Shown here: positions 1-14,421 of the stretch, piece by piece | Layout of the letters: each line of letters starts with the position of its first letter | How positions within the stretch are numbered: position 1 is the stretch's first letter | Source: the human T2T-CHM13v2.0 reference genome, Homo sapiens | Direction: 5' to 3' (one strand) | DNA length: 64,000 nucleotides | Assembly (NCBI RefSeq): GCF_009914755.1 | Contig: NC_060932.1 | Notes under the pieces: generated by a model | Told to the model about the DNA's origin: nothing | What the model saw: the letters and a program-made list of their open reading frames with translations, nothing else | The model's database searches: none | Made by a program: the position numbers and the translations under genes

Positions 1-700
1 TTCACTAATCAGCCTGGCTAGAGATTTTGAGAGCCTCTCAAATATTTTCTATGAATGTTCACATCCTACATCTCTCCATCTCTCCTGGGAAAGAAAGCTG
101 AAGGTTATACACCTTCTCTCAAACTTGCAGAGCCATGTTGACTGCACTAAGCCATCTGCCCCTTTTCCCTAGGGCAGTGCACTGAAAGGTTGAGACATTT
201 AATGCATATTCTACTATTCTTCCTCTCTCCTTGGAGAGGGATCTCAGGGTTATGCACCTTCCTCCAATCTTGCAGAGCCCTGCTGCCTACAGTAAGCCAT
301 CTATCCCTTTTCTTTGTCCTTGGCTGCCTCTAAACATTCAAACTATGCTTGCAGCATTTCAGTAAAGACAGAAACAAGTCCTTTGTGCAGGATCACAAAA
401 GGCTGGGATGTTGAACAAAGGTTTCACTCTCTTTTACCCACTAAAGAAGTCATGAGCCAAGGTGATCTCTCAGCACAGAGCTTTGCTGGCTTGGAGGAGG
501 GCTGACTCAGGTAAAGTGAAATTTCTCTTCTTACCTGTTTCAATGCAGCTGTTCTTTGTTTTGTGCTCATCTGGGTTACCACAACTTCTTAACTGGATTC
601 TGGACTTTTCATAAAGGTATTTTTGTCCATATGTCATCATTAAATCAAAGGTTCTGTTGAAGATGAGGGCTGGAATTCCCACTCCACTTCTTCATGCTTT
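1..700 (-). mobile_element. Old L1 (L1M-type) fragment; boundaries approximate
   Basis: Resembles antisense 5' regions of ancient L1; internally repeated ttgcagagcc...taagccatct motifs. Confidence 0.4.
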
Positions 701-1045
701 TGACTGAAAATTAAAGTTGTGCAATTTTATCAGTTAAGGGAAAAGCAATTAAAAAATAGTGTATCAGTTGACTTAACTATATCAAATAACTGTGGGTGCC
801 TGAAAAGGTCAATGAAGAAAAATTTAGAGTAAACTGAAGAAACTATTTGCCACAAAATGACAGAATCAATACCATTGCCATATACAATTTTTTAAACTAC
901 AGAACTTAACAAATGAGTAAAGGACAAAAGTAGATAACTCATCAAAGAAATACAAAACAAACGAACATTTAAAAGTGTTGAAGATCACTAGCAATAAAAG
1001 TAAATAATATTGAGATTGCATTTTCACTTGGATTTAGGAAAGTTA

Positions 1046-1365
1046 TTATTTTATTTTATTTTATTTTATTTTATTTTATTTTAGACAGTGTGTTGCTCTG
1101 TCACCCAGTCTGGAATGCAGTGGATTAATCACAGTTCACTGCAGCCTCAACGACATAGGCTTAATTGATCCTCCCATCTCAGCCTCCCAAGTAGCTGGGA
1201 CTACAGGTGCACACCACCATGACCAGCTAATTTTTTTTTTATTTTTTGTAGAGTCAGGGTTTTACCATGTTGCCCAGGCTGATCTCAGACTTCCAGGCTC
1301 AAGTGATCTACCTGCCTCAGTCTTTCAAAGTACTGGGATTACAGGCATGACCCTCCACACCCAGA
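1046..1365 (-). mobile_element. AluJ-like SINE with (TTTTA)n tail
   Basis: Antisense Alu motifs (gctctgtcacccag...ctgggattacaggcatga). Confidence 0.9.
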
Positions 1366-2478
1366 TTAAAGTTATTTAAAAATACAAATACTTTGCAGTG
1401 CTGCCAATAATATAGTAAAACCAGAACTCATCTAAATATTGGTGGGAACATAAGCTAGTAAAATATTTCTAAGCTTGTAGTAGTAGGTATTAAAATCATT
1501 TTTTGAAGTTCGTGTTCTTTGAATCAGTAATTTTGCACATACAAATATGTCTTAAGAAAATAATCCAAAAGTTAAACAAATATTTAGGTATAGATACTTA
1601 TTATGGCATTATTATGATACTAAAGAACTGAGGGTACCTAAATTACCAACATTATGGAAATTAAGTTGGCACAATAACTTAAATTTTATTCTGCATCCTG
1701 GAGACCCTCCCAAGAGCAGAGTGGGGAGGGAGTCCTTGTCCTCTCCCTTCCGAAATGCTGAGTCCCAGCTGGAGATCATCCTGATTCCTCTGGGCCTCAG
1801 CTCGTCTGAGAAAAGGGAATTCTCTCACCCCATCACTCACTCTCACACTCTGCTACCTATATCTACAACGTCACTATATCTGGTCCAGGGAGCGTCCTGG
1901 TGTCAGTTACCACCTCTTGGTGGCCATAAACAGAAAAAGGCTAAACCCTCCAAACTTGTGCACTTAGCAGACTCCGCTTCTACAAAGACCAGCCATATCC
2001 AAAGCAGCTCTCTAATGAGGAGTCGGCATGAGAATCGGATTCACACTTCAGAGAGAGGTCAGAGACTCCTGCTGAGGGCACCAGGAAATAGTGGTGCTCT
2101 CCAAGATCATGGCGAACCATACGGTGATTTTAATTTAGAGAGGGAAAGAAAAGAAACTCCATTTTCAAAAATAGCCTATTTCGTATGTGTTGACAAGCAG
2201 GAAGTGAATGAAGTCAGAAGGTTAATCTCATAGCAGAGCCTGCAAGTCACGACCTGACCACTAGGAGGCGAACGAGGCGTCTCTGAACACAATCCAGGCC
2301 TAGGGGTCAAGGGAACCAACCTGGCTTGTGCCAGTGCAGGAAACGCTGGCCTGACACCAAGGACTTAACCCTCACAGCAAGTCAAGAAGGAAAACACTGT
2401 GCGGAACTGTTCAATAATTTCCAATAGCCTCTGCTGTGTAACTTCAGAGGAAATTCGAATCCATCTTTAAGTATCAGC

Positions 2479-3483
2479 TGTTGGGAAAATATAATTAAAA
2501 ACGAAATCTTCCAACCCAGAAAACCTGTATCCATAGGTAGTAGAAAAAGAAAACACTTTTTTTAATTGAATAAGCATTAAACTACAAGCAATCCACTAAG
2601 AGACTGCAAAGACAAGGATAAAATTGTACCCTTTATATATACAAGCAGATATCACCAATTACATACTTGTTTTCAAGATAAGCAATAACTAGTTCCCAAG
2701 TATGAGGATCTGACAGCACCATCTGTCAGACACGGTGCATCCCAGATTCACCTGGAAATTGGTGTGACCACCTGTTAGCGAATTGGCTTTATCCAGAGAA
2801 AAAACAAACCTCTAATATCTTTATGGCAGGAGGTAATTTTGCAATGTGAAGCAAGATACACCCCCTCCCCACCTCGCCTAGTTAGGGTCCTATCTTCCCA
2901 CAGAAAATAGAAGATAAGGTTGTTTCCATTTGAAAGACAGGTAGGTTCTCAGGTCCTTGAGAAAGACATTCCCAAGTCGTCAAGCTGATAAACAACCTAT
3001 CTAGTTTTCAAACGGATTTATATACGGTTTCTTGGGGGTTTTTTTGTTTTTTGTTTTTTGTTTTTTTCTGAGACAGGATCTCACTTTGTCACCCAGGCTG
3101 GATTGCAGTGGTGCAATCACAGCTCGCTGCAGTCACTAACTCTCAAGCAAAAGCGATCCTCCCACCTCAGCCTCCCAAATAGCCAGAACTGCAGGTACAC
3201 AACACCACACCTGGTTAATTTTTGTATTATTTGTAGAGACAGTCTTTCACTGTGTTGCCCAGGCTGGTTTTGAAGTCCTGAGTTCAAGCGATTCCCCTTC
3301 CTCAGTCTCCCAAAATGCCGTGATTACAGAAGTGAGCCACCGCCCCTTATTTATACATTTCAAAGAGAAGAGAAAGTACTTACAAGTTTTCTAAATTTAA
3401 GAAAAAGGAGGCCAGGAAACTCTCTTCCCTTATGTTCAACTGGGAGAATTAGCCTTATTTTTAATTTCTATTTGTCCTTAAAC
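2479..3483. mobile_element. ERV1-class solo LTR (MER67-like; subfamily uncertain) interrupted by an Alu
   Basis: Starts TGTTGGGAAAATATAATTAAAAACGAAATC, resembling a remembered ERV1 LTR consensus; Alu at ~3040-3345 lies inside. Confidence 0.5.
3040..3345 (-). mobile_element. AluJ-like SINE
   Basis: Diverged antisense Alu with T-rich tail. Confidence 0.88.
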
Positions 3484-4222
3484 GGCCTTCTCTCGCAAAT
3501 AATGGAAATGAGACCTTCTCTCCCTGGCTGACGCAAGGAATGGAGTTACATGTCCAGCAATGCAACTGATACCAATTCATCTTCACCTTATCCAGTTCAA
3601 CAGGATCTTTCCCCTAACCTGACAACACGCTCAGGTCTCTGCCATAAACCCTCTTCTCCAAGTGCCTCCCCCCGCCCTCCCCCCCGTTAGTTGTCACCTC
3701 CTCCCACCCATTGTCTCCTCACAGCGACATATTTCAAGAGTCATTTACACGCTGGGTTGCCACTTCCTCCCCTGGCATTTCCATACACCTCAACCACTGC
3801 AGGACACCCTCCAGTGAATTTACTCATTAGCCACTAACAAACACAGCTTGATCACTCCATCATAGGAACTCTCTTCTCCCTGGATACCAAGACACCACGG
3901 TCTGTGGGGTCTCTTTTTATTGGATTCTATTTTGTCCCTTTCAAAGGCTCTTTTCCCCTCCGGAACACTTAACTTTCAGTTTTATGCTACCTTCAGACCT
4001 CAATACATTTCTCTCCATGAATTTGAAATCATCCAAGAAGATGGCGGGCTTGGGAGTGGAGGAGGGAAGGAGGCCCCATGACAGCAAGACCAAGAGCAAC
4101 AGGAAGACAAGCCTGCATGAAAAGGGAGGAAGGAAGCCGAACTTCTTTACCTTATAAAGGCAGTTTTCCAGTGTTAGAGGGCAGAATCATCACTAGAAGG
4201 TCCTATTTTAAATGCAGGCTCC

Positions 4223-4513
<291 letters not shown>

Positions 4514-4882
4514 AAATGCAGGTTGCAAGGCCTTCTTTCAGAGAGCCTGATTCAGAAGATACAGTGAGGTCAGAGATCAATTTAACAATCATTCCAGATG
4601 ATTCTAATGCCAGGGGTGGGGAGCCAGGCCACACTGAGGAAAGCTGCCACACCTGGTCTGACAGAGGGAGCTGGGGAGGCTGAGTGCAGAGCCCATGAAA
4701 GACTAAGCAGCAATGATCTCAGCATCCCTTGGCTTTCCTAACCAGGCAGCTTCTTCTTCCAGCCAGTCTTCTCATCTCAGATGACAATAAGCACAAAATC
4801 TTTCAAGTAGCGGAGTTTCAGAGCTAGGCAGGTCCTCTGCCTGGATCCTGGGCCCTGCTGAGCCCTGACCCCCTTTGGATGC

Positions 4883-6346
4883 TGCTATGGTTTGGATATT
4901 TGTCCCCTCCAAATCTCATGTTGAAATGTGATTCCTAATGTTAGACGTGGGGCCTGGTGGGAGGTAATTGGACTGGGCGGGGGTGGGGGGTGGCGGGGTG
5001 GATCTCTCACAAATGGTTTAGTTCCACGCCCTTGGTGATAAGTGAGTTCTTGCTTAGTTAGATCATACAAAAATCGGGTTGTTTAAAAGAATCTGGGACC
5101 TCTCCCTTCTAATAATATCTGTCCCTCTTGCTCCTGCTCTTGCCATATGACATACTGGCTTCCCTTCACCTTCCGTTATGATTGGAAACTTCCTGAGGCC
5201 TTCACCAGAAGCAAATGCTGGCACCACACTTCCGGTACAGCCTGCAGAACCGTGAGCCAATTAAACCTCTTTTTAAAAAATAAATTACCCAGTCTCAAGC
5301 ATTTATTTATAGCAATGCAAGAACAGCCTAATAAAGGCCTCAATACCATTTCAGAAGTCATCTGAGAGCCCCTCCCATCAGAGACCCAGAGGCCTAGGAG
5401 GAAATAATGGTTTCATAGGCCAGGCCCAGGGCCCCACTGCCCTGCACATTCTCAGGACACGGCTTCCCTCATCCTTGCCACTCCAGCTCCTTCCATGGCA
5501 CAAAGGGGCCCAGGTACAGCTTGGGCCACCACTCCTGAGGGCACAAGCCTTAAGCCTTGGTGGCTTCCACATGGTGTTAAGTCTGCAGATGCTCAGAATG
5601 CAAGTGTGAAGAAGGCTTGTCAGCTTCCACCTAGATTTCAGAGGACATATGGAAAAGCCTGAGTATCCAGGAAGAAGTGTGCCACAGGGGCAGAGCCCCC
5701 ACAGAGAATCTCTACTAGAGTGGTGCCAAGGGGAAATGTGGGTTTGGAGCCCACACAGAGAGTTGCCACCAGAGCACTGCCTAGTAGAGCTGTGGGAAGT
5801 GGGCTACTGCCCTCCAGACCCCAAAATGGTAGCTTCATGCAGCTTATGCCCTCTGCCTGGAAAAGCTGCAAGCACTCAACTCCAACCCATGAGAGCAGAC
5901 ATGAGGGCTGCACTCTCCAAAGCCACAGCGGCAGGGCTGCCCAAGGCTTTGGGATCCCATCCCTCACACCAGAATGCAGCACATGGAGTCAAGAATTATG
6001 TTGGAGCTTTAATACATAATGCCTTCCCTGCTGGGTTTCAGACCTGTATGGGGCCTATTACCCCTTTATTTTGGTCAATTTCTCTCTTTTGGAACAGGAA
6101 TGTATACTCAACGCCTGTACCCCCATTGTGTCTTGGGAGTAAGTAACTTCTTTTTGATCTCACAGGTTCATGGGCAGAAGGAGCTTATCTCCAGATGAGA
6201 CTTTGGGCTTTGAGACTTGGGACTTTTGAGTTAATACTGGAATGAGTTGAGACTTTGGGGGACTACTGTGAAGGTATGAATATATATTGAAATGTGAGAA
6301 GGACCTGAGATTTGTGGGACCAGGAGTGAAATGATATGGTTTGGAT
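4883..6346 (+). mobile_element. MST-type MaLR element: 5' LTR (4883-~5334), partial internal region, and only the first ~15 nt of the 3' LTR
   Basis: TGCTATGGTTTGGATATTTGTCCCCTCCAAATCTCATGTTGAAA start; MST-int-like sequence; second LTR start TGATATGGTTTGGAT at 6332 is truncated. Confidence 0.85.
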
Positions 6347-7269
6347 GGGAAATGGTCAGGTGTCCTCATATAGCCCTTAATTTTTAGCAATAAAATATTA
6401 GGATGCACAGGGCACAGTGCTTCACGCCTGTAATCTCAACACTTTGGGAGGCCGAGGCGGGCAGATTGCTTGAGCTCAGGGGTTCAAGACCAGCTACTCA
6501 GGAGGCTGAGGCAGGAGAATTGCTTGAACCTGGAGGCAGAGGTTGCAGCGAGCCAAGGTTGCACTCCTCGACCTTACATGGAGAACACAAGAAGAAAAAG
6601 TCAGGAGTTCACAGGAGTTGTGTTATCTATTTTTAGAACATAATTAGAGATCACCTAGCCTACTCCTTTGCTTCCCTGAAGCTCAGAGAAGTGAGGTAGC
6701 TGCAATGCCTTCCATGTCACGAGACGGGTTGGTGACCAAGCTGGGCAAGGAAGCCTGTCCCAGACTCCCACAGCAGAGTCAGAGACCAGTGATCCCAGGA
6801 GTACATACTGAGGCCCTTCCTCCCACTGTCCCACCCACTATTGGATAGAATAACTTTCCAAAGGTCAAGAAGCTGGTGAGAAACAGAGCTGGGGTTCAAA
6901 CTAAGGTTTCTCTGACTCTGGCTCTGCTGTGCTTAAAGAGCAGCAGATTGGAAACCCCAGGTGTAGCCCCAGCAACACTTGAGGAGGAGAGGTAGAGGCC
7001 AGGCCTAGATGGAGCCCTGGCTCAGTGGCCGGGGGAGGAAGCGGTCCATGGTCAAGGAACACCGGCCACCAGGTCAAAGCAGGACATCCTCTTCTTATGA
7101 ATCTTCCTCGGGTCCCCGAGACACTGCACAAGAGAAGCTCCAGCCAAATGCACACCTTTATTCCTAAACAGAAAGGCAGAGCTGCCTGCTCCTCCATCTC
7201 TCTATGTAGATCTCCCACTAAGGATGTCATGGAGCCCAACCTAGTTATGAACATCCATGCTACAGGGAG

Positions 7270-8036
<767 letters not shown>

Positions 8037-9257
8037 GCAACCCAGATGTTAAAGTTGGAGAGAACTGGAGAACAAATGCAAGGCGCAGGAATGGCATGAG
8101 AACTGGCAGTCCTCATCGATGCAGGACCCATCCTACTGAAACCCGGCGCTGCAGGTCACCCGCGTCAGCCGCATTAGCAGTGGCCACAAGCTCAAACAGC
8201 CACCCTGGAGCTGTCCCTGCCAGATGCCTGTGGCCCCCACCCGTGCTCTGCCAACTCACCATCGGCTCCTCCCGGTTGTAGGCTATTTCTTCCTGCTCTG
8301 TTAACTCGGACTACACAAGGAGAAGGCTCAGGCGGAAACTGTTTCTCAATGTATAACCGCAGGGCGGCAGCAGAGAGCAGCAATAAAGATGCACTATTTT
8401 CTCAGCGATTTTGAAGCTGGTTTTTATTGGTGGTGGCTTTTTGTTCATTTAAGTACAGCACAGAGGTTAAGACTGCAAACATCATAGCTAGACTGCCCTG
8501 GGTGCAAACCCTAGGGCTGTCACTTACCAGTGGTGTGTCAGGGGCAAGTAACTGAACCTGTGCTTCAAATTCCTATTGTTAAAATAGGGATGATAATAGT
8601 CAACCTCACCGCGTTGTTGTAAATCACCTAAGACATGTGAAGCACCTGGCTGGGACTTCGCACTCAGAAAGCCGGAGCTTGTGTTCGTATACAAAACTGT
8701 TCCGGGATGGCCTCCAGAGAACTTCACATTCAGGTTTCCCAAGCCTCCCCCATCCAAACAGGCCTGGTCCGAGACTCCCTGGGAAGGGCTCAGATCGGAG
8801 CCCCAGGTGCAGTTACTTTGGCTCAGCCGGCGCCTCTCTATGGAACTAACAGCAGGAAAAGCACTTCTTCAAGCAGAAGATGCCTGGGCCTGAGGGGTCA
8901 CACTGAGGGACTCTGGGTCAATTAAGGCAGTCGGAGCTGGGGGGCAGGGTTTAGAGAGAACAGAGTCCCCTCCACTCTCAGGCTGACCCCAAGCCACCTC
9001 TGTCCTGGTTCTCAAAGTGCAGCAGCACCAGCCTCCCGAGGGGGTGGGGTGGGGGCTTGTTAGACCTGCACCTTCTGGGGCTCCATCCTGGACCTGCTCA
9101 GAAACTCTGGGGGCGAGCCCTCCTGGTGATTCTGATGCAGCTAACGTTTGACAGCCACTGCAGTAAATAGATGGAGACTCCTGATTTTGGATGGGAAATG
9201 GTCAGGTGTCCTCATATAGCCCTTAATTTTTAGTAACAAAAATATTAGGATGCACAG

Positions 9258-9956
9258 GGCACAGTGCTTCACGCCTGTAATCTCAACACCCTGGGAGGCC
9301 AAGGCGGGCAGATTGCTTGAGCTCAGGAGTTCAAGACCAGCCTGGGCAACATGGTAAAACCCTGTTGTATTAGTTTGTTTTCATACTGTTATAAAGAACT
9401 GCCCAAGACTGGGTAATTTAAAAAGGAACGAGGTTTACTTGACTCAGTTCAGCATGGCTGGGGAGGCCTCAGGAAACTTACGATTATGGCAGAAGGTGAA
9501 GGAGAAGCAAGGCACCATCTTCACCAGACAGCAGGAAGCAGAAGTGCAGAGAGAAGGTGGAGAAGAGTCCCCTGTAAAACCATCAGCTCTCGTGACAACT
9601 CACTATCATGAGAACAGCATGTGGGAAACTGCCCCCAAGATTCAATTACCTCCACCTGGTCTCTCCCTTGTCACATAGGGATTATGGGAATTACAATTCA
9701 AGCTGAGATTTGGGTGGGGACACAAAGCCTAACCATATTACCCATCTCTACAAAAAATTTAAAAATTAGCCAGGCATGGTGTTCCCGCTACTCAGGAGGC
9801 TTTTAAATTTTTTTAATTTAAAAATTAGCTGGGTGCACCTGTGGTCCCAGCTACTTGAGAGGCTGAGATGTGAGGATCACTTTAGCTCAGCAGGTCAAGG
9901 CTGCAGTGAGCCGTGATTGCACCACTGCACTCCAGCCTGGGTACAGAGTGAGACCC

Positions 9957-9960
<4 letters not shown>
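9258..9960 (+). mobile_element. AluJ-like SINE split by a THE1/MST LTR; followed by (TCTG)n(TC)n
   Basis: Left arm 9258-9365 resumes at 9741 (cccatctctacaaaaa). Confidence 0.85.
9366..9740 (-). mobile_element. THE1D/MSTA-type solo LTR inserted in an Alu
   Basis: tgtattagtttgttttcatactg...cctaaccatatta; TSD CCTGT/CCCAT. Confidence 0.85.
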
Positions 9961-9999
<39 letters not shown>

Positions 10000-10396
10000 T
10001 GCTTTTAAATGTATATAAAGAGAAAGGGAGAGATATCAGGATACTTGATACACAAAGGGCAAGAGGCAGGTAGGGAGAGGAAGGCCAGGTGCCAAAATAA
10101 TGGAATACCTAGATCTTCCAAAAATTCCTGGTGAGTTCAGGATGGAAAATTTCAAATCAGAAGTGTCTAGAAGAAAACTGGGGCATCCATTGCTAGAACA
10201 CACAAAAGCACAACAATTATTACACAAGGCAAGAAGTGTTTCATATGAGATGGTCACAGTCACTTCAGCCTGGGGCAACCAGTGAAGACACAAGCCTTTT
10301 CTGTTCTCATACTACTTGATATTTCAATAGCTTTTGTTTCTCTTTGTTCTTCAGGGGTAAGCAGGATAATGCAATTAGAATAGCACATGGTTTAGA

Positions 10397-10715
10397 TCTG
10401 TGTTGTCCAATTCAATAGCAATTAGCCCATGTGGCTATTAATCACCTGCAATGTACCTATCCCAAATTCAGTTGTGCTGTAAGACTAAACTACATACCAG
10501 ATTTTGAAGGTTTAGTAAGAGAAAAAGTAATGTAAAAGACATAATTAATATTTTTATATTGATGATGTGGTAAAATGTTTTTAATATATTAGGTTAAATA
10601 AAATGTTACATATTACATTAATTTTATTTATTTGTTTTTACTTCTTAAATGTAGCTACTAGAAAATTTTAATTATATATGTGGCTTGTATTGTATTTTTA
10701 TTGGGTAGAACTGAT
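10397..10715. mobile_element. MER3/MER33-type hAT-Charlie MITE
   Basis: ctgtgttgtccaat...catgtggctatt...tgtagctactagaaaattttaatt...atttttattggg. Confidence 0.65.
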
Positions 10716-11468
10716 TTAGAGTAAAGGAAAACAAAAAAAGAATTCACACCCTAGTACTGCTGTGTGTCCTTAGTCAAGTCTCTCAACCTCTCTGTTCCTC
10801 TGTAAAATTGAGATAACTTTCATTATATTTTACTCATCTACTTCAGTAACAGAATTTTCATGACATTTGAATGTGATTGTGGATGTGAAAATAATTGTGA
10901 AGTGTAAAGAATGACTTAAATTTTAATTAATATCAGTCAGTAACAGGCCATGTGTTTATTTCCATTCCTCCCTTCCACCCACCAGTTGATGACATTATTC
11001 TGGAACATTCTCTCCCTGCCTCATTCATCTCAAAAGAAATGACAAGGCACATAAAGATACTCCAGGCCTTGGCAGTGAGACTCAGGAGAAGGCATTCTGC
11101 AGCTACCCCCAAATACCCTCCTTCTCTGGCTCATGGCCCTTTAGGTGCAAAATCTGGCAGCCTCCTCAGCCCCCATGTTCTCTGCCCTGCTCCCTCCTTC
11201 CCCTGAGACAATGAGCAGAGTCCATTTTTTACCTAAATTGGGTGGGAAGGGAATGAGAAAATCAGGAAATACAGAGGATTTTTTAAAAGACACTATCTCA
11301 GTATTTTCTTTTTTTTTTTTTTTTTTTTTTTTCAGAAAAATGTGTATAAAGATACTGCACTGGGTTGAATAGTGTCACCCCCACAAAAATCTGTCTATCA
11401 GCGATCTCAGAATGTGGCCTTTTTTGGAAATAGGGTCTTTGCAGATATAATTAAACTAAAATGAGGTC

Positions 11469-14208
11469 TGACAAAGAGTTTCTCCTTAACCAAACTTTAG
11501 TCAGGCTCCTCTTAATCGTCTTTCCAACTAGGCTTTGACTTTTGGACTTCCATATCTGTCCTGCATTATCCAAATTTTATGAAGAATCCTGCTAAGTCAG
11601 TTTAGCCAGAACCCCCAACCTCATTATCTGCGCACCCTCAATGTCTGACCAAATTCCTCATTCCCACCACCCCCCGAGGTGCTGTGTGATCACTTTGGCC
11701 TGCCCTCAGCAAGAATCCTGTTGGGTCCGTGTATTAGTCTGTTTTCACGCTGCCGATAAAGACATACCCAAGACTGGGAAGAAAAAGATGTTTAATTGGA
11801 TTTACAGTTCCACATTACTGGGGAGGCCTCAGACTCATGGTGGGAGGTAAAAGGCACTTCTTACATGGTGGTGGCAAGACAAAATGAGGAACATGCAAAA
11901 GTGGAAACCCCTGATAAAATCATCAGATCTCATGAGACTTACTCAATACCATGAGAACACTGTGAGGGAATCCACCCCCAGGGTTCAAATTATCTCCCAC
12001 CAGGTCCCTCCCACAACACGTGGGAATTATAGGAGTACAATTCAAGATGAGATTTGGGTGGGGACACAGAGCCAAACCATATCATTCTGCCCCTGGCGCC
12101 TCCAAATCTCATGTTCTCACATTTCAAAACCAATCATGCCTTCCCAACAGTCCCCCAAAGTCTTAACTCATTTCAGCATTAACCCCAAAGCCCACAGTCC
12201 AAAGTCTCATCTGAGACAGGGCAAGTCCCTTCCACCTATGATCCTGCAAAATCAAAAGCAAGCTAGTTACTTCCTAGATACAGTGGGGGTACAAGTATTG
12301 GGTAAATACAGCCATTCCAAATGGGAGAAATTGGCCAAAACAAAGGGGTTACAGGGCCCATGCAAGTCTGAAATCCAGCAGGGAAGTCAAATTTTGAAGC
12401 TCCAAAATTATCTCCTTTGACTCCAGGTCTCACAACAGGTCAGCTGATGCAAGAGGTGGTTTCCAATGGCCTTGAGCAGCTCCGCTTCTGTGGCTTTGCA
12501 GGGTATAGCCTCCCTCCTGGCCGCTTTCATGGGCTGGTCAGTTGAGTGTCTGCAGCTTTTCCAGGCGCACAGTGCAAGCTGTCAGTGGATCTAATATTCT
12601 GGGGTCTGGAGGACGATGGCCCTCTTCTCACAGCTCCATGAGGCAATGCCCAAGTAGAGACTCTGTGTGGGGGCTCCAACCCCACATTTCCCTTCCGCAC
12701 TCCATGAGTGTCCCACGCCTGCAGCAAACTTCTCCCTGGGCATCCAGGCATTTGCATACATCTTCTGAAATCTAGGCAGAGGTTCCCAAACCCCAGTTCT
12801 TGACTTCTGTTCACTTACAGGCTCAACACCATGTGGAATCTGCCAAGGGTTGGGGCTTGCACCCTCTGAAGCCATGACCTGAGCTCTATGTTGGCCCCTT
12901 TCAGCCACAGCTGGAGCTGCTGGGATTCAGGGCACCAAGTCCCTAGGCTGCACAAAGCACGGTGCAGCCCATGAAATCATTTTCTCCTAGGCCCCTGGGA
13001 AGACATCCGACATGCCCTGGAGACATTTTCCCCATTGTCTTGGGGATTAACATTTGACTCCTTGTTACTTATGCAAATTTCTGCAGCTGGCTTGAATTTC
13101 ACCTCAGAAGATGGGTTTTTCTTTTCTATCACATTGTCAGGCTGCAAATTTTCAAAACTTTTATGCTTCGTTTCCCTTATAAAACGAATGCCTTTAACAG
13201 CACCCAAGTCACCTCTTGAATGCTTTGCTGCTTAGAAATTTCTTCCACCAGATACCCTAAATCATCTCCCTCAATTTCAAAGTTCCACCAATCTCTAGGG
13301 CAGGGGCAAAATGCTGCCGGTCTCTTTGCTAAAACGTAACAAGAATCACCTTTGCTCCAGTTCCTAACAAGTTCCTCATCTCCATCTGAGACTGCCTCAG
13401 CCTGGACCTTATTGTCCATATCGCTATCAGGCTTTTGGTTAAAGCCATTCAACAAGTCTCTAAGAAGTTCCAAACTTTCCCACATTTTCGTGTCTTCTTC
13501 TGAGCCCTCCAAACTGTTCCAACCTCTGCCTGTTACCCAGTTCCAAAGTCGCTTCCACATTTTTGGATATCTTTTCAGCAATGCCCCACTCTACTAGTAC
13601 TAATTTACTATATTAGTCCATTTTCACACTGCTGATAAAGACATACCCAAGACTGGGAAGAAAAAGAAGTTTAATTGGACTTACTGTTGCACATGGCTGG
13701 GGAGACCTCATAATCATGCGGGAGGTGAAATGCACTTCTTACAAGGTGGCGGCAAGAGAACATGAAGAAGATGCAAAAGCAGAAATCCCTGATAAAACCA
13801 TCAGATCTGGTGAGATTTATTCACTAAGATAACACCATGGGGGAGACTGCCCCATCCATGATTCAAATTATCTCCCACCAGGTCCCTCCCACAACACATG
13901 GGAATTATGGGAGTACAATTCAAGATGAGATTTCAGTGGGGACACAGCCAAACCCTATCAGTCTGTTTAGTAAGAATTCCCCTGATGTTTCCTCTAAACA
14001 ATTTTCCATTCACCAACCCCACTACTCTGTTACTTGACTTACTTACTCTGTTACTGTCACTACTCTTGTTGTATTTGGAGTTGAGCCTAATCTCTCTCCT
14101 CTACTGCAAAACCCCACTTTAGGGGTCCCTATGCCTATGGCAATGGTCCTGTATAAAGCCTTCCATACCATTCTTTAATAAGGGTCTTGAATAAATTTTT
14201 CTTTAACA
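11469..14208 (+). mobile_element. ERV1 LTR (MER31-like) split by THE1 (11469-11729 and 13961-14208)
   Basis: TGACAAAGAG...AACCAAACTTTAGTCAGGCTCCTC start; ...aataaatttttctttaaCA end; 4-bp TSD GGTC/GGAC. Confidence 0.7.
11730..13960 (-). mobile_element. Full-length THE1 (THE1C-like) MaLR element: LTR 11730-12084, internal region, LTR 13609-13960
   Basis: Two similar ~355-bp direct LTRs flanking ~1.5 kb of THE1-int; TSD GTCCG/GTCTG. Confidence 0.92.
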
Positions 14209-14421
14209 GGACATCCTGAGTGAAAGTGGGCCCTAATCCAATGACTGGTGTTCTTACAGAAGAGCAGATGGAAATACAGAGACCCTCAGAGAAGAGAAGG
14301 CCATGTAAAGATGGAGGCAGAGGTTGGAGTGATGCGTACAAGCCCAGGAACACCAAGGATGCCGGCATCCACCAGAAGCCAGGAAGAGGCAAGGAAGTAT
14401 TCGCCCCTAGAGCCTATAGAG

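Larger units (their letters stand above)
11357..14421 (+). mobile_element. MLT1C-like LTR split into 11357-11468 and 14209-14421 by nested insertions
   Basis: gaatgtggccttttttggaaatagggtctttgcagatataattaa...atgaggtc resumes as ggacatcctgag...gggccctaatccaatgactggtgttctt. Confidence 0.8.

Noticed and set aside
1721-2233. 170-aa plus-strand ORF
   Set aside because: It starts at GTG, has no recognisable homology or exon structure, and is plausibly a chance ORF.
4975-5001. G-rich tract (potential G-quadruplex), with a similar one at ~51933-51955
   Set aside because: G-runs like these are common, and nothing here links them to a function.
11884-13597. ORFs of 77-178 aa in THE1, and similar ORFs in MST at 5378-6408
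   Set aside because: They are broken MaLR LTR or internal sequence, not intact genes.
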